Source: an uncultured virus (IMG/VR IMGVR_UViG_3300044678_003135)
Lineage: Duplodnaviria > Heunggongvirae > Uroviricota > Caudoviricetes
Reading direction: 5' to 3' (one strand)
DNA: 64,000 bases
IMG/VR virus record: IMGVR_UViG_3300044678_003135
Each line of letters starts with the position of its first letter. Position 1 is the stretch's first letter. Below are positions 47,001 to 55,907 of the stretch, in pieces. Both the position numbers and the translations under genes were made by a program. The notes under the pieces are model-generated. The model had not been told where the DNA came from and searched no databases. It was given only the letters and a program-made list of their open reading frames with translations.

Positions 47001-47405
47001 TCAAGCGCTGGTCTTGTCGGTGCGATCCGTTGCTATTGCAGGGCCAACCCGTGGGCGCATGGGGATGACGCCCAGTTCCAGCTCCCGCTGGTTGGGGTCT
47101 CTGCGGCTGAGGCCTCGCTGGCTCGCGTTGTAGAACCAGATGCTGGATTCCCTGGGCGGCTTGGGTGCTTTCATGACCACCTCGTCGCGGACGACCAGGC
47201 GGTTTTCGTGCCCCAGCTGCGTCACGGTCACCTTCAGGGTGATGGTGCCGGTGCCACCGTTGGCCAGCACTGCCTCGCTGACCTTGGAGAGGGCGTCGGA
47301 CAGCTCGGTGTGGGTGCGTCCGTCGCGTTGGGAGAAGAGGAACTGTCCGAAGGGCGAGGCCTCCAGGGCTTCTTCCATATCGGTGTCCATGGGCTCGGCG
47401 TTCAT
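47001..47405 (-). CDS. Conserved phage protein partnering DUF2303
   Basis: ELSDAL..V..AV...G..G.ITLKV...LSRRDPNQ. Confidence 0.75.
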   Translation of the reverse strand: MNAEPMDTDMEEALEASPFGQFLFSQRDGRTHTELSDALSKVSEAVLANGGTGTITLKVTVTQLGHENRLVVRDEVVMKAPKPPRESSIWFYNASQRGLSRRDPNQRELELGVIPMRPRVGPAIATDRTDKTSA

Positions 47406-47484
47406 GGTGAGATGGGGGGGGTGGATCAGGTTCAGTTCTCCGGAAATCCCGGATGGCTCGATTTGATGGGGTGGTTGGGAGAGT

Positions 47485-48348
47485 TCAGACCTTCCCGTAG
47501 AAGACGGGCATCCCCAACAGGTTGGAGACCTCGTCGACCACTTCCTTAAAGGCGTGCTCGATCGCCATCTCCGGGTCCACCAGCAGGACAGAAAGCCTCA
47601 CGGCGGCGTCCACAATCCGGTAGCGGAGGCGAGCCTTCACGGCATAGGCCTTGCCGTACTTGAACAACGGCATGGCGACGGTGAGCACCTCGGGGATGGA
47701 AATGTCAGCGCGCTCGCCGGCGGTGGCGTTGATCTGCTCCTCCCGCTTCAGCTTGATAGCCCCACTGGAAAGCCGAACGGCGCTGCTGAAATCGACGGTG
47801 GACTTGGCGTTGAAGGTCTGGGCGATCTCCAGGATCGTGGCGGCATCTGGGCTGGAGAAGGTCTCCAGGCTCATCTCACAAAACTCGGCGAAATCTTGCT
47901 GCGCCATGTACGTGCCGCTGGCCTCCGCCCACCGCTTCGCCTCGGAACTGACGATCAGCTTCAGGTCGGCGTAGACCATGCCCCATTCTTTAGGCTGTGC
48001 GTCGAAGATCAGCCGAATGGTCTCCCTGGCTTCATCAGCAATGCAAAGGGCCCTGCTGCGCCTGGGCCGGTAGGCATCATCATCGAGGGCGTCGGGGTCG
48101 TTGTCGAAGACGCTCAGCACGTAGGACGTGAAGCTTTGGATGCTGTGGAAGGCGTAATTGGCCTGAGGTCTGAGCCGCTCCCAGCCGGCGGCATTCAGCA
48201 CCTCAGGCTTGGTCAGGTCGATGGTTTTGAAACCATCCACGGTGCGGACGACATAGACGCTGCCGGGGTGGAGCTCCACGGGCTCCACACCCAGCAGGGT
48301 CTGCTCGATGACGGCGTCAGCCACGGTTCTGGTCGTCGGTTCGCTCAT
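47485..48348 (-). CDS. DUF2303 (YfdQ-like) protein
   Basis: QQDFAEF.E...PDAATILE...SAVRLSSG...ARLRYRI. Confidence 0.85.
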   Translation of the reverse strand: MSEPTTRTVADAVIEQTLLGVEPVELHPGSVYVVRTVDGFKTIDLTKPEVLNAAGWERLRPQANYAFHSIQSFTSYVLSVFDNDPDALDDDAYRPRRSRALCIADEARETIRLIFDAQPKEWGMVYADLKLIVSSEAKRWAEASGTYMAQQDFAEFCEMSLETFSSPDAATILEIAQTFNAKSTVDFSSAVRLSSGAIKLKREEQINATAGERADISIPEVLTVAMPLFKYGKAYAVKARLRYRIVDAAVRLSVLLVDPEMAIEHAFKEVVDEVSNLLGMPVFYGKV

Positions 48349-48609
48349 GGGGATGGGGATGGAAAGGGGAACAAAAGGGAAAACAGGTTGTGTTGCTGCA
48401 AATGGCCTTGGTCCGGTCCTGTCGGGTGCAGTCGCCCTGGAGCCAACCGGATCCCTCGATGGGGCCCGTTACTTGAGAGAGGCCAGGCAGCGTCCACCGC
48501 GTGGTCCGAGCAGTGGGCTGGCATCACCTGGGAGGCCACAACACGCGCAAGCGCGGCAGCACCAGCAGCAGGGCCTAGGGGCCCCGTGCTGGGGAGAGGC
48601 TGGTAGAGG

Positions 48610-49644
48610 TCATGGCGCGTTGCCTTGTGATGCTGCCGCGGCGTTCTTGGCCAGCTGATCAGCGGCCAGGAGCTTCGCCTCGATCTCCTGGGACCGCTCG
48701 GGGGTGATGGCCGGATCCGTCAGCTCCTGCTCAAGGGCGCGGCGATCGTCCTTGCTGATCCACCCGGGCGGAGGCCCCTGACGAACTGCGGCGGATGGGG
48801 CGCGCTGGGTGGCGCCTGCTGGGCCTGCAGCGGAACGGGAAGGTGTCGTGACCGTACGCACAGGCTGCTGCTGTGGGTCCCTGCTTTGCCTTGCCTGGCG
48901 GGGCTGTGTGTCGTTTGCTGCGTTGAAATCGTCATCCCTTTCAGCGGCAAGGCCTAGGACCATCTGCAGGGCCAACCGGCGGCAGGTGGTGAGCCCAGCG
49001 GCATGGGCCTGGCCGCGGCGATCGATTTCGCCTTCAACAGCCTCCTTGATGAAAAGGGGGACGGGGCCGCTGGAGATGCAGCCGCCGCCGGAGTGGACCA
49101 GGTAGCCAGTGACCACTGGAGTGCCGTTGTCGTCCAGCTCCTGGCGGGTGAGCGGGAACAAACCCATGGCGCCGGCGGTCTGGCCGGTGGCGATCACGCT
49201 GGCGAGATCGGCGTAGCCGTAGGAGATGGTCCCGCCTTTTTTGGTGGTGTACTCCGCCTGGCGGTTTTCGACAAGGCGCGGCTCTGTTGCGTGCCATGCT
49301 GCGAGTGCAGCGAACAGCTGCATCTGCTGTTCGCATTCCGGTTCGTAGTTGAGGAACTCGATCAACCGCCGCCGCTGGTCGTCCTTAAAAACTTGGTCTT
49401 GGCGGCTTGTCTGGTCGTGTTGAGCCTGAGCCTCGGCCAGCACCTGGATCTCTGAGCGGAGCTGGGCAATCACGGCCGCCTGGTTGCGAATCTGCTGGTC
49501 GTGACTGCCGATCTGCTGGTTGGCGCGGTGGGCGAAGTCCTCCAGGGCCCTGTGGGAGAGCTGTGGACTGGCCGCGGCCGGCGCCCCGGAGGCAGGCGGT
49601 GGAGGCTGCGGCGATGGCGCCCCTGACTGGGTACTGGAATCCAT
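48610..49644 (-). CDS. ERF-family single-strand annealing protein
   Basis: YGYADLASV...LVHSGG...T.CRRLAL..VLGLAAE.DDD. Confidence 0.82.
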   Translation of the reverse strand: MDSSTQSGAPSPQPPPPASGAPAAASPQLSHRALEDFAHRANQQIGSHDQQIRNQAAVIAQLRSEIQVLAEAQAQHDQTSRQDQVFKDDQRRRLIEFLNYEPECEQQMQLFAALAAWHATEPRLVENRQAEYTTKKGGTISYGYADLASVIATGQTAGAMGLFPLTRQELDDNGTPVVTGYLVHSGGGCISSGPVPLFIKEAVEGEIDRRGQAHAAGLTTCRRLALQMVLGLAAERDDDFNAANDTQPRQARQSRDPQQQPVRTVTTPSRSAAGPAGATQRAPSAAVRQGPPPGWISKDDRRALEQELTDPAITPERSQEIEAKLLAADQLAKNAAAASQGNAP

Positions 49645-49702
49645 TCGAGCCGTTGCGAGAGAGGTTGGTAGTGCATCGGTTACGCTGCACCGAGTCACTC
49701 AC

Positions 49703-49716
49703 CGAACACTAGCACC
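49703..49716. promoter_or_regulatory. LexA-like box (1 mismatch) upstream of ERF
   Basis: CGAAC-ACTA-GCACC. Confidence 0.5.
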
Positions 49717-49730
49717 ATTGTGACTTCGTA

Positions 49731-50009
49731 ATGTCGTCGGTTCATGCCGTCGTGAATCAAGTCCCTAACGGCCCTCCTGGCTGCGTCATGGCTACCAGCG
49801 AAGGGGTTCTCTCTGTAACAGTTCTTCATGCTACGGCCGCCGACCTTTTCTGGCGACAGCGGCAGGTGCTGACAGAAGCCTTCAGCTGCAGTGCATTGCG
49901 CCTACTGCTGATCAGGCCAGAAAACAGCAGCGCTGAGCCGATCCAGATGGAATGGAGCCGCCCGCCGGATCCCAGGCCACTAAACGATCCACCGATCAGT
50001 CGACACTGA
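49731..50009 (+). CDS. Hypothetical protein
   Basis: ATG ORF divergent from ERF. Confidence 0.4.
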   Translation: MSSVHAVVNQVPNGPPGCVMATSEGVLSVTVLHATAADLFWRQRQVLTEAFSCSALRLLLIRPENSSAEPIQMEWSRPPDPRPLNDPPISRH

Positions 50010-50919
50010 TCGCCGTTTCTGGCCCCTGCTGCTTGGCTGAGGCCTTTGCAGGCTGCTGCGTCTTTCGATCTTCCAGGCGCTGCAGCAGCACCTGGGTGGC
50101 GAGCTGCTCACCTTCTACCTGCTCAGGCCCCCAGGTTTCCGTGCCAAGCAGCACCTGCCGGAGAAACTTCTGCCGCTCAGGCTCCTTGCCTGGATAGAGC
50201 TCGACGATCTGGGCCCAGTCATCAACGATGTCCAAGCCAGCGGCGCTGGCGGCCTGGCGCAGCGTGCGGCCTGAGATGCACTCTGGAGGCCTCTGTTGCT
50301 CTGCTGCGGCCTTCTTTTTGACGAGCGGCTCTGGGGTGAGGCGACCGATGGCAATGGACAGCAGCTCTTCGGGCCCAAAAATTCCCTGCTGATCGCGCAG
50401 CACGTGCGCGCTGGCGACGCAGTCCCGGAGCCGCTCATCTGTCGGTGCCGCTTGCTTGCCAGCCTGCACGCCCGCGACCCATTCGTTCAGCCGCCCCAGC
50501 TCCAGGAAAAACGTGCTGGCCAGAATGCGGCTCTTGCGCCGCAGGAACAGGTTGAGGCCACTCGAATGCAGGCGGCTGCTCAGGCCTACATCCCGCCAAC
50601 CGGCGACGTCATCTGCGGGCTCAGAAGCTGGCGTTCCGATCGCCTCCCAGACATGGCCGCGGTGGTTGACCCATTGGCCGGCTTGCAGAGGCATGCCAGC
50701 GACCCACTCCAGGATCGGTTCAGAGGATCGCGCCAGCAGGGCCAGCTCAGCAAGCCGTGAGGTGACCGCCAGGCTCCAGCCGTTGTGGTCCAGCCACTGC
50801 TCGATCAACGAGCGCAAGACCTCGCGGCCGCTTCCCTCAGTGATCAGCCAATGGCCTCGAGCAGCAGGGGTGAGGGGCTCTGACCCTGACGGCCGCGACA
50901 GTTGCTGCTGCTGATCCAT
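49996..50919 (-). CDS. Repressor-like protein with inserted CBM5/12-like module
   Basis: LRSLIEQWLDHNGWS...[WVAG...GQWVNHRGHVWEA...EP...W]...LHSSGL; divergent from the replication gene. Confidence 0.6.
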   Translation of the reverse strand: MDQQQQLSRPSGSEPLTPAARGHWLITEGSGREVLRSLIEQWLDHNGWSLAVTSRLAELALLARSSEPILEWVAGMPLQAGQWVNHRGHVWEAIGTPASEPADDVAGWRDVGLSSRLHSSGLNLFLRRKSRILASTFFLELGRLNEWVAGVQAGKQAAPTDERLRDCVASAHVLRDQQGIFGPEELLSIAIGRLTPEPLVKKKAAAEQQRPPECISGRTLRQAASAAGLDIVDDWAQIVELYPGKEPERQKFLRQVLLGTETWGPEQVEGEQLATQVLLQRLEDRKTQQPAKASAKQQGPETAISVD

Positions 50920-50963
50920 GGGTGCTCTGAGGCGTGAGGGCCGGCTACGGGTCCATCTGGAGC

Positions 50964-50977
50964 CGAACATAAGTCCT
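50964..50977. promoter_or_regulatory. LexA-like box (1 mismatch)
   Basis: CGAAC-ATAA-GTCCT, ~45 bp upstream of the repressor-like gene. Confidence 0.5.
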
Positions 50978-51298
50978 AGGCGAAATCACGCCGCCACCCT
51001 ACGAAGCGCACTCGCAACAACCACATAACGCCATGCAGCAGATGCGCGGCAACGGTGCGGAAGCAGATTTGAGACAGCACTGGTCCATACCATCTCGAAT
51101 CCGCTACGGTCCAGATCTGTTGGTCGGTTTCCCGCAAACAACAAAGGCCCCGCCGAGGCGGAGCCAGTGTTGCCCTTGCGGGCTGCGACCACCGGGCACG
51201 CTCCCCAGCAGGACCAATGGCCGCAACAGGGCAATCCTACTGCAACAGCCGCGATTCGCAGGCTCCAGGGAGTGGAACCATCCACTTCAGATCCTGAC

Positions 51299-52582
51299 AT
51301 GCCAACCAAAGATTTCAGCGGTGAGTTGCACCGCCCTCTGTTTGCACAGATTCCGCTCGACTTGCTGAGCAGCTGTGCACAGATAGGGCGCAGGAGGTTG
51401 GTATTCGTCTATGCCTGGCTCTGGTTTTACGCCGGCCAAGCAGATAACGCATTTCCTTCAGTACCTCGGCTCGCCCTGGAGTGCGGCATGAAGGAACGGG
51501 ACATCCGCACTGCACTTTCGACCCTTCTTCATGAGGGTTGGATCATCAAAGCGGGCGCCGGACCGGGCGGGACAAACCGGTATCGGGTCCGGATGGCAAC
51601 AGGCCGCAAAAAGCGAACCGCGAAACCCATTGCAGTGCAGCGCAAGTCAGCACACCCCCTCCCCCCAGAGGGGAGTCCCCCCCAGGGGCCCCCCCCTCCC
51701 CCTGGAGGGGACTCCCCTGGAAGGGGACCCCTCCCCCCAGAGGGGACTCCCCCTGGGGGGGACCCAATCAATAAACCTCTAAACGAAGAACAAGAAATCC
51801 AAGAAGGGTTAATTGATTACTCCAGTACATATATCCACCAACGCGAGGCGAAAATCGATGCCACGGCGCCAACGGTCACGACGGCCGAGCCCGTCGCGAC
51901 AGCGGTCGAGATCGTGATAGCCTCAGCTCACAACGACGCTCCCCAGCGCCATGCCCAACCGGCAACCCAGCCCCCAGCTACCGCTTCAGCCCTGCCCGAC
52001 TGCGCCCACCCGCACCGCCAGCTGCTGCGCGAGTGGTGGCTCAGGCGCCGCAGCAAGCACCCCGCCGCGGCCAACGAGCTCAGCGCCAAAGACATCAGGG
52101 CGATCCTCCACGCCGACGCCCTGGGGATCCTCCAGCCGTTCCTCGAACACGCCGCCGCCAGCGGCTGCAAATCCCTTGCCACCGACTACCGCCGTCGCTG
52201 CGAGCAGCTTCGCGCCGGCCCTGCAGCCGCTGAGGCCTTCGACACCCTCCGCAGCGCCTACCTGGCGGCTCCCCGTCGGGTCACCTGTCAATCTCTGCCC
52301 GCTGCCCAGAGAGAGTTTTCTGCCGTGCTGGCTGAGGGCCACACCGCCGAGCAGCTGGTAGCGGCCCTGGCCGCTGAAATCCGCGCTCAGGACCAGCAGC
52401 ACGCCTCCACGGGTTTTGCCCCATCCCTGCCTGACATGGCTCGCTGGCTGAAGGAGAGGAGGTTCGCCGCCTACCTGCAGCAGAACCAGCCCGTCGCCCC
52501 CGCCGCCTTCGAGGCCCCGATCGATCCAGAAACCGGCGCCCCTGACCCCTTCGCCTACCACCGTCACATCACAGGCCAATGA
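51299..52582 (+). CDS. Phage replication initiator (N-terminal winged HTH)
   Basis: FAQIP...VYAWL...AFPSVPRLALECGM...AL..L...GWI...NRY; C-terminal PD.ARWL...RF. Confidence 0.85.
   Translation: MPTKDFSGELHRPLFAQIPLDLLSSCAQIGRRRLVFVYAWLWFYAGQADNAFPSVPRLALECGMKERDIRTALSTLLHEGWIIKAGAGPGGTNRYRVRMATGRKKRTAKPIAVQRKSAHPLPPEGSPPQGPPPPPGGDSPGRGPLPPEGTPPGGDPINKPLNEEQEIQEGLIDYSSTYIHQREAKIDATAPTVTTAEPVATAVEIVIASAHNDAPQRHAQPATQPPATASALPDCAHPHRQLLREWWLRRRSKHPAAANELSAKDIRAILHADALGILQPFLEHAAASGCKSLATDYRRRCEQLRAGPAAAEAFDTLRSAYLAAPRRVTCQSLPAAQREFSAVLAEGHTAEQLVAALAAEIRAQDQQHASTGFAPSLPDMARWLKERRFAAYLQQNQPVAPAAFEAPIDPETGAPDPFAYHRHITGQ
51654..51840. repeat. Iteron-like repeats plus AT-rich tract (putative replication origin)
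   Basis: Three ~36-bp units CCCCTCCCCC(CAG/TGG)AGGGGA.TCCCC...GGGG followed by an A/T-rich stretch. Confidence 0.75.
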
Positions 52583-53037
52583 CGCTCACGCTCCCCTCAG
52601 CTCCAGCACCTGAGCCGCTAGCGCCGCACAAGCGCCGCCCAGCCGCCGGCCCCGCTTTCGTCCTGCCTGGTTTCGCGTGTTTCGCCTGCTCGGACACCGG
52701 CATCGTGGGCAACTCCGACCGGGCGATCAACGAGTTCATCCCCGACTACGACTCTTGGTCTGATCCGGCGATCATCTGCTGCTGCAATGCGGCCTACCCC
52801 AGGGAAGGCCGCGGCGGCTTTCGCGATTCCGCCGGCCCTCGCCGTCTTGAGACCGCGGCCGGGCCTCGCATGGTGGGCTGTGAGCTGGATCAGCAGGCCA
52901 TCGAGGCCATTCACCGAAATCGCCGCCAGCGTGCCTTTGCTGAAGTTCAGTTCACCGCTGAGCAGGCTCGCCAGTTGAAGGCCAACTACCAGGCCGCGGC
53001 CGCCGGCCTGTTGCCCTCCATGCCCGGGAGCCTCTGA
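52579..53037 (+). CDS. Zn-binding protein coupled to the replication initiator
   Basis: CFACSDTG...CCC. Confidence 0.7.
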   Translation: MTLTLPSAPAPEPLAPHKRRPAAGPAFVLPGFACFACSDTGIVGNSDRAINEFIPDYDSWSDPAIICCCNAAYPREGRGGFRDSAGPRRLETAAGPRMVGCELDQQAIEAIHRNRRQRAFAEVQFTAEQARQLKANYQAAAAGLLPSMPGSL

Positions 53038-53372
53038 TGGCCACCCACATCGCCCCCGCCCGCCCGCTGCCCCCTATCGGCGCCGTGCTGCTGTGCCAGG
53101 AGCTTGGCTCCACTGCCTATCCCGTCACGGTCGAGCGGCACCTGGGCCGCTACTTCTTTGCCGGTGGTCACCCCTTCCACGTCTACTACGACTGGAAGGT
53201 GGGCACCACCAGCCACACCTGGCGCACGGCCGCGGCCATGGTCTGGCTTGCCAGCCCTGAAGAGCGGGCTTCTCTGGAGAAGCTCCAGGCAGAGCTGGCC
53301 ACGGCTTCTGGGGCCCCCTGGCAGCCCCCCGCGTCACCGGTTGGCCCTCCAGAGCCCCCCGAGAACTGGTAA
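53037..53372 (+). CDS. Hypothetical protein
   Basis: TGATG coupling. Confidence 0.6.
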   Translation: MATHIAPARPLPPIGAVLLCQELGSTAYPVTVERHLGRYFFAGGHPFHVYYDWKVGTTSHTWRTAAAMVWLASPEERASLEKLQAELATASGAPWQPPASPVGPPEPPENW

Positions 53373-53540
53373 CCCCCTGCTCCCCACCCCAATGCTCATT
53401 TTCTGCCGAACCCGAGAAGTGCACCCCTGCGGTGCCCGTTGGCGCAAGCCGCTCCCCTTTGGGTGGGAGATCCGCTGGCAATGCCCCAACCGCCCCATCG
53501 TCGCCGTGCCTCGTCATGGTTGCTGGAGGCAGACAACGTC

Positions 53541-54218
53541 ATGGTGAGCAGCCTGTTCCGACCTGAACCCACCACCTGGCTACCAGCCCAGGAGCTGCCC
53601 GTTCAACCGGCCGCGGCCGGTGGCTACATCACCTCCAGCGGGGAGGAGCTGTTCTCCGCCAGTGGCATTCTCGACCGGGTCTATCCCCATCGTGCCCTGC
53701 AGCTGGCCCGCAACCCGGTGGTGCTGCGCGCCTGCGTTGCCTATGCCAACAGTCTCCACAACCCGGATGTGAGCGCAGCAGGGCCCTGGTCGCCCGCTGT
53801 GGCGCCGTTCACCGATCAGCTCAGCACCATCGCCCCGCTGATCGGTCATCCCTTCTGGGCCAACCTGGAGGCGCTGGCAGCACCGATCCATGTGCGTCAC
53901 CGTCGCCTGCCCCTGGGCGCCACCGCTGAACTGCTGGTCCGTTTTTCCAATGGCGGGGACATCGGTATCGGTCTCTGCCAAAGCGCTGCCAGCGATCAGC
54001 TCGACCCGATACGAGTTGCCGCCGAAGTTGGAGCGGCGATCGCCCTGCTGGGCGACAGCTGCACCTGGTGGCCGCGGCGTGCGTTCGTCTTGTTTTGCAG
54101 TCCTGAGCGCACCACGGTGGAAATGATCGATGTGGATAAGGCCCTGGCCTGCTGGATCGATGCGATCGACGCCTACCGCTTCATGGCCAGAACCATGAAC
54201 TGGGAGGTGCGGTTTTGA
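53541..54218 (+). CDS. Hypothetical protein, possibly a degenerate PD-(D/E)xK exonuclease
   Basis: Y...GEELFSASGIL N-terminus; catalytic acids not evident. Confidence 0.5.
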   Translation: MVSSLFRPEPTTWLPAQELPVQPAAAGGYITSSGEELFSASGILDRVYPHRALQLARNPVVLRACVAYANSLHNPDVSAAGPWSPAVAPFTDQLSTIAPLIGHPFWANLEALAAPIHVRHRRLPLGATAELLVRFSNGGDIGIGLCQSAASDQLDPIRVAAEVGAAIALLGDSCTWWPRRAFVLFCSPERTTVEMIDVDKALACWIDAIDAYRFMARTMNWEVRF

Positions 54219-54469
54219 GCCCCTCGAAGCCGCGGCCGCCCATGGTGCAGGTGTGGGTCTGGTTTGTGGGCCAGGCTGAGTGGAAGCGGATGCAGATGCA
54301 GGAGATCGATCTCCACCTGATCGGCTCCCCCACGGCGCTGATCACCGTGGAGGGCGATGGATTCCTTGCCACGCCCATGCCGGGCTGGCGAGTGACCCGG
54401 GAGCGGCCTGGACATGGTGGCCCACCTCCCCTGGCCAGCGCATCGATGGGGAGGCCTGAAGATGGCTGA
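54215..54469 (+). CDS. Hypothetical protein
   Basis: Overlap-coupled ORF. Confidence 0.5.
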   Translation: MSPSKPRPPMVQVWVWFVGQAEWKRMQMQEIDLHLIGSPTALITVEGDGFLATPMPGWRVTRERPGHGGPPPLASASMGRPEDG

Positions 54470-54737
54470 GGGAATCGTCGCCTGGCCGAGGCTGCAGCAG
54501 CCCAATCCGTTGGCCGCGGCCCGTGAGCAGCTGGACGCAGCTGTCGCCTACCTGCTGGAAGCAGCCACCGCCGAGGTGAGCGGGGATGTCCTGCTCCGCA
54601 AGGCCCTGGCCGATGGCCAGCAGATGGAGCGCCGGCGCGTGATGGCCCTGTTGCTAGATCGCCTGGAGCAGTACCCCCGGCCCTCTGACACCCGCCGCAT
54701 GCTTCTGCTCGACCTGCTGGAGGACGTGAAGGGATGA
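54462..54737 (+). CDS. Hypothetical protein
   Basis: GGAGG RBS; coupled to the next gene. Confidence 0.6.
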   Translation: MAEGIVAWPRLQQPNPLAAAREQLDAAVAYLLEAATAEVSGDVLLRKALADGQQMERRRVMALLLDRLEQYPRPSDTRRMLLLDLLEDVKG

Positions 54738-55117
54738 GATCTGGATCGTTCGATGAGCCCCAGGGTGAAGCACGTAAGTCGGCCGAGTCAGCTCAGAAGC
54801 CCCGTCTCGAGCTGGTGCCCTGGGCCGCCGTGACCGACATCGCTGAAGTGCTGACGTTCGGCGCGGCCAAGTACGAAGCGAACAACTGGTGCAGAGGCGC
54901 GCGCTGGGGCCGCTATTTCGCCGCCCTACTCCGGCATCTGTTCGCCTGGTGGCGCGGCGAAGAGCTGGATCCGGAGAGTGGGCTGAGCCACCTGGCCCAT
55001 GCCGGCTGCTGCCTGATGTTCCTAATGGAGTACCGCCGCAACGGCTGGGGCACTGACGATCGCTTCAAGGTCCCTGATGCAGAGCCGTTCCAGAAGCACG
55101 ATGGGGTGAAGGGATGA
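54734..55117 (+). CDS. dATP/dGTP diphosphohydrolase domain protein (DUF5664-like)
   Basis: KPRLELVP...VLTFGAAKY..NNW...RHL..W..GE..DPESGLSHLAHA. Confidence 0.85.
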   Translation: MRSGSFDEPQGEARKSAESAQKPRLELVPWAAVTDIAEVLTFGAAKYEANNWCRGARWGRYFAALLRHLFAWWRGEELDPESGLSHLAHAGCCLMFLMEYRRNGWGTDDRFKVPDAEPFQKHDGVKG

Positions 55118-55641
55118 GCACCACCACCACCCGCCTGCCCCTGGCCACCGCTGATGAAGTGGCCGCCCAGGTGCTGGAGCTGCTGAAGCCTCATTGCGAG
55201 CGGATCGACATCGCCGGCAGCATCCGCCGCCGGCGGCCCACCATCGGCGACCTGGAGATCGTTTGCATCCCCAAGCCCTACGACCCCTCTCCCCTGTTCT
55301 GCTCTGGCATCGCCACCGTGGTGAACCAGTGGGAGAAGGTGAAAGGCGAGCTGCCCTGCCGCTACACCCAGCGGGTCCTGCCCTGGCACGGGATGAAGCT
55401 CGATCTGTTCATGCCTCACCCTGACGGCTACGGCCTTCAGCTGGCGATCAGGACCGGTTCGGCCGATTGGTGCCGCACCGTGCTGGCACCGGCTTGGGTT
55501 CGTGCCGGCTATCGCTCTGAAGGTGGGTTGCTGCGCCGGAGCAGCGACGGGGCCATCTGCCCCACACCCACTGAAGAGGCACTGTTCCGGATGATCGGAA
55601 TACCTTGGGTTGATCCCACCGCACGGGAGGTAAGGCCATGA
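55114..55641 (+). CDS. Minimal family X DNA polymerase-like nucleotidyltransferase
   Basis: IAGSIRR...GDLEIV, KLDLF, RTGS, TEEALF..IG.PW..P..RE. Confidence 0.85.
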   Translation: MSTTTTRLPLATADEVAAQVLELLKPHCERIDIAGSIRRRRPTIGDLEIVCIPKPYDPSPLFCSGIATVVNQWEKVKGELPCRYTQRVLPWHGMKLDLFMPHPDGYGLQLAIRTGSADWCRTVLAPAWVRAGYRSEGGLLRRSSDGAICPTPTEEALFRMIGIPWVDPTAREVRP

Positions 55642-55907
55642 GCCTCTGGCTGGAAAATGAACTGAGACGCCGTGCCTTTTTGACTGCAGGTCGCCGCATG
55701 GGCACGGTGCGGGCCATGGCCCTGCTCAGGCAGGATCTGGAGCGTGTCGACAACTTGGAAGAGATGCGCCGTGCGGAGATCCTGTCCCCGCGGCCTCTCC
55801 CGTCCTTCCTGGTGATCGATGAGGTGGGCCCCCCGCATTCCTCGGCCCCTGGCCCCACCCCTCGCTTTGCGCAATTGTCCTGCCTCCGGCGTCAGCGGTC
55901 CCGATGA
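55638..55907 (+). CDS. Hypothetical protein
   Basis: ATGA coupling with GGAGG RBS. Confidence 0.45.
   Translation: MSLWLENELRRRAFLTAGRRMGTVRAMALLRQDLERVDNLEEMRRAEILSPRPLPSFLVIDEVGPPHSSAPGPTPRFAQLSCLRRQRSR

Noticed and set aside
51654..51765. Repeats as a CRISPR array
   Set aside because: No unique spacers, lies inside a coding frame, no cas genes
28397..54043. HIP1 (GCGATCGC) as host evidence
   Set aside because: Only four copies were spotted by eye (28397, 37182, 38006, 54036), close to chance at this GC content
54734..55117. Z-genome (2-aminoadenine) pathway
   Set aside because: No PurZ or replicative polymerase recognised in the window; this domain also occurs alone
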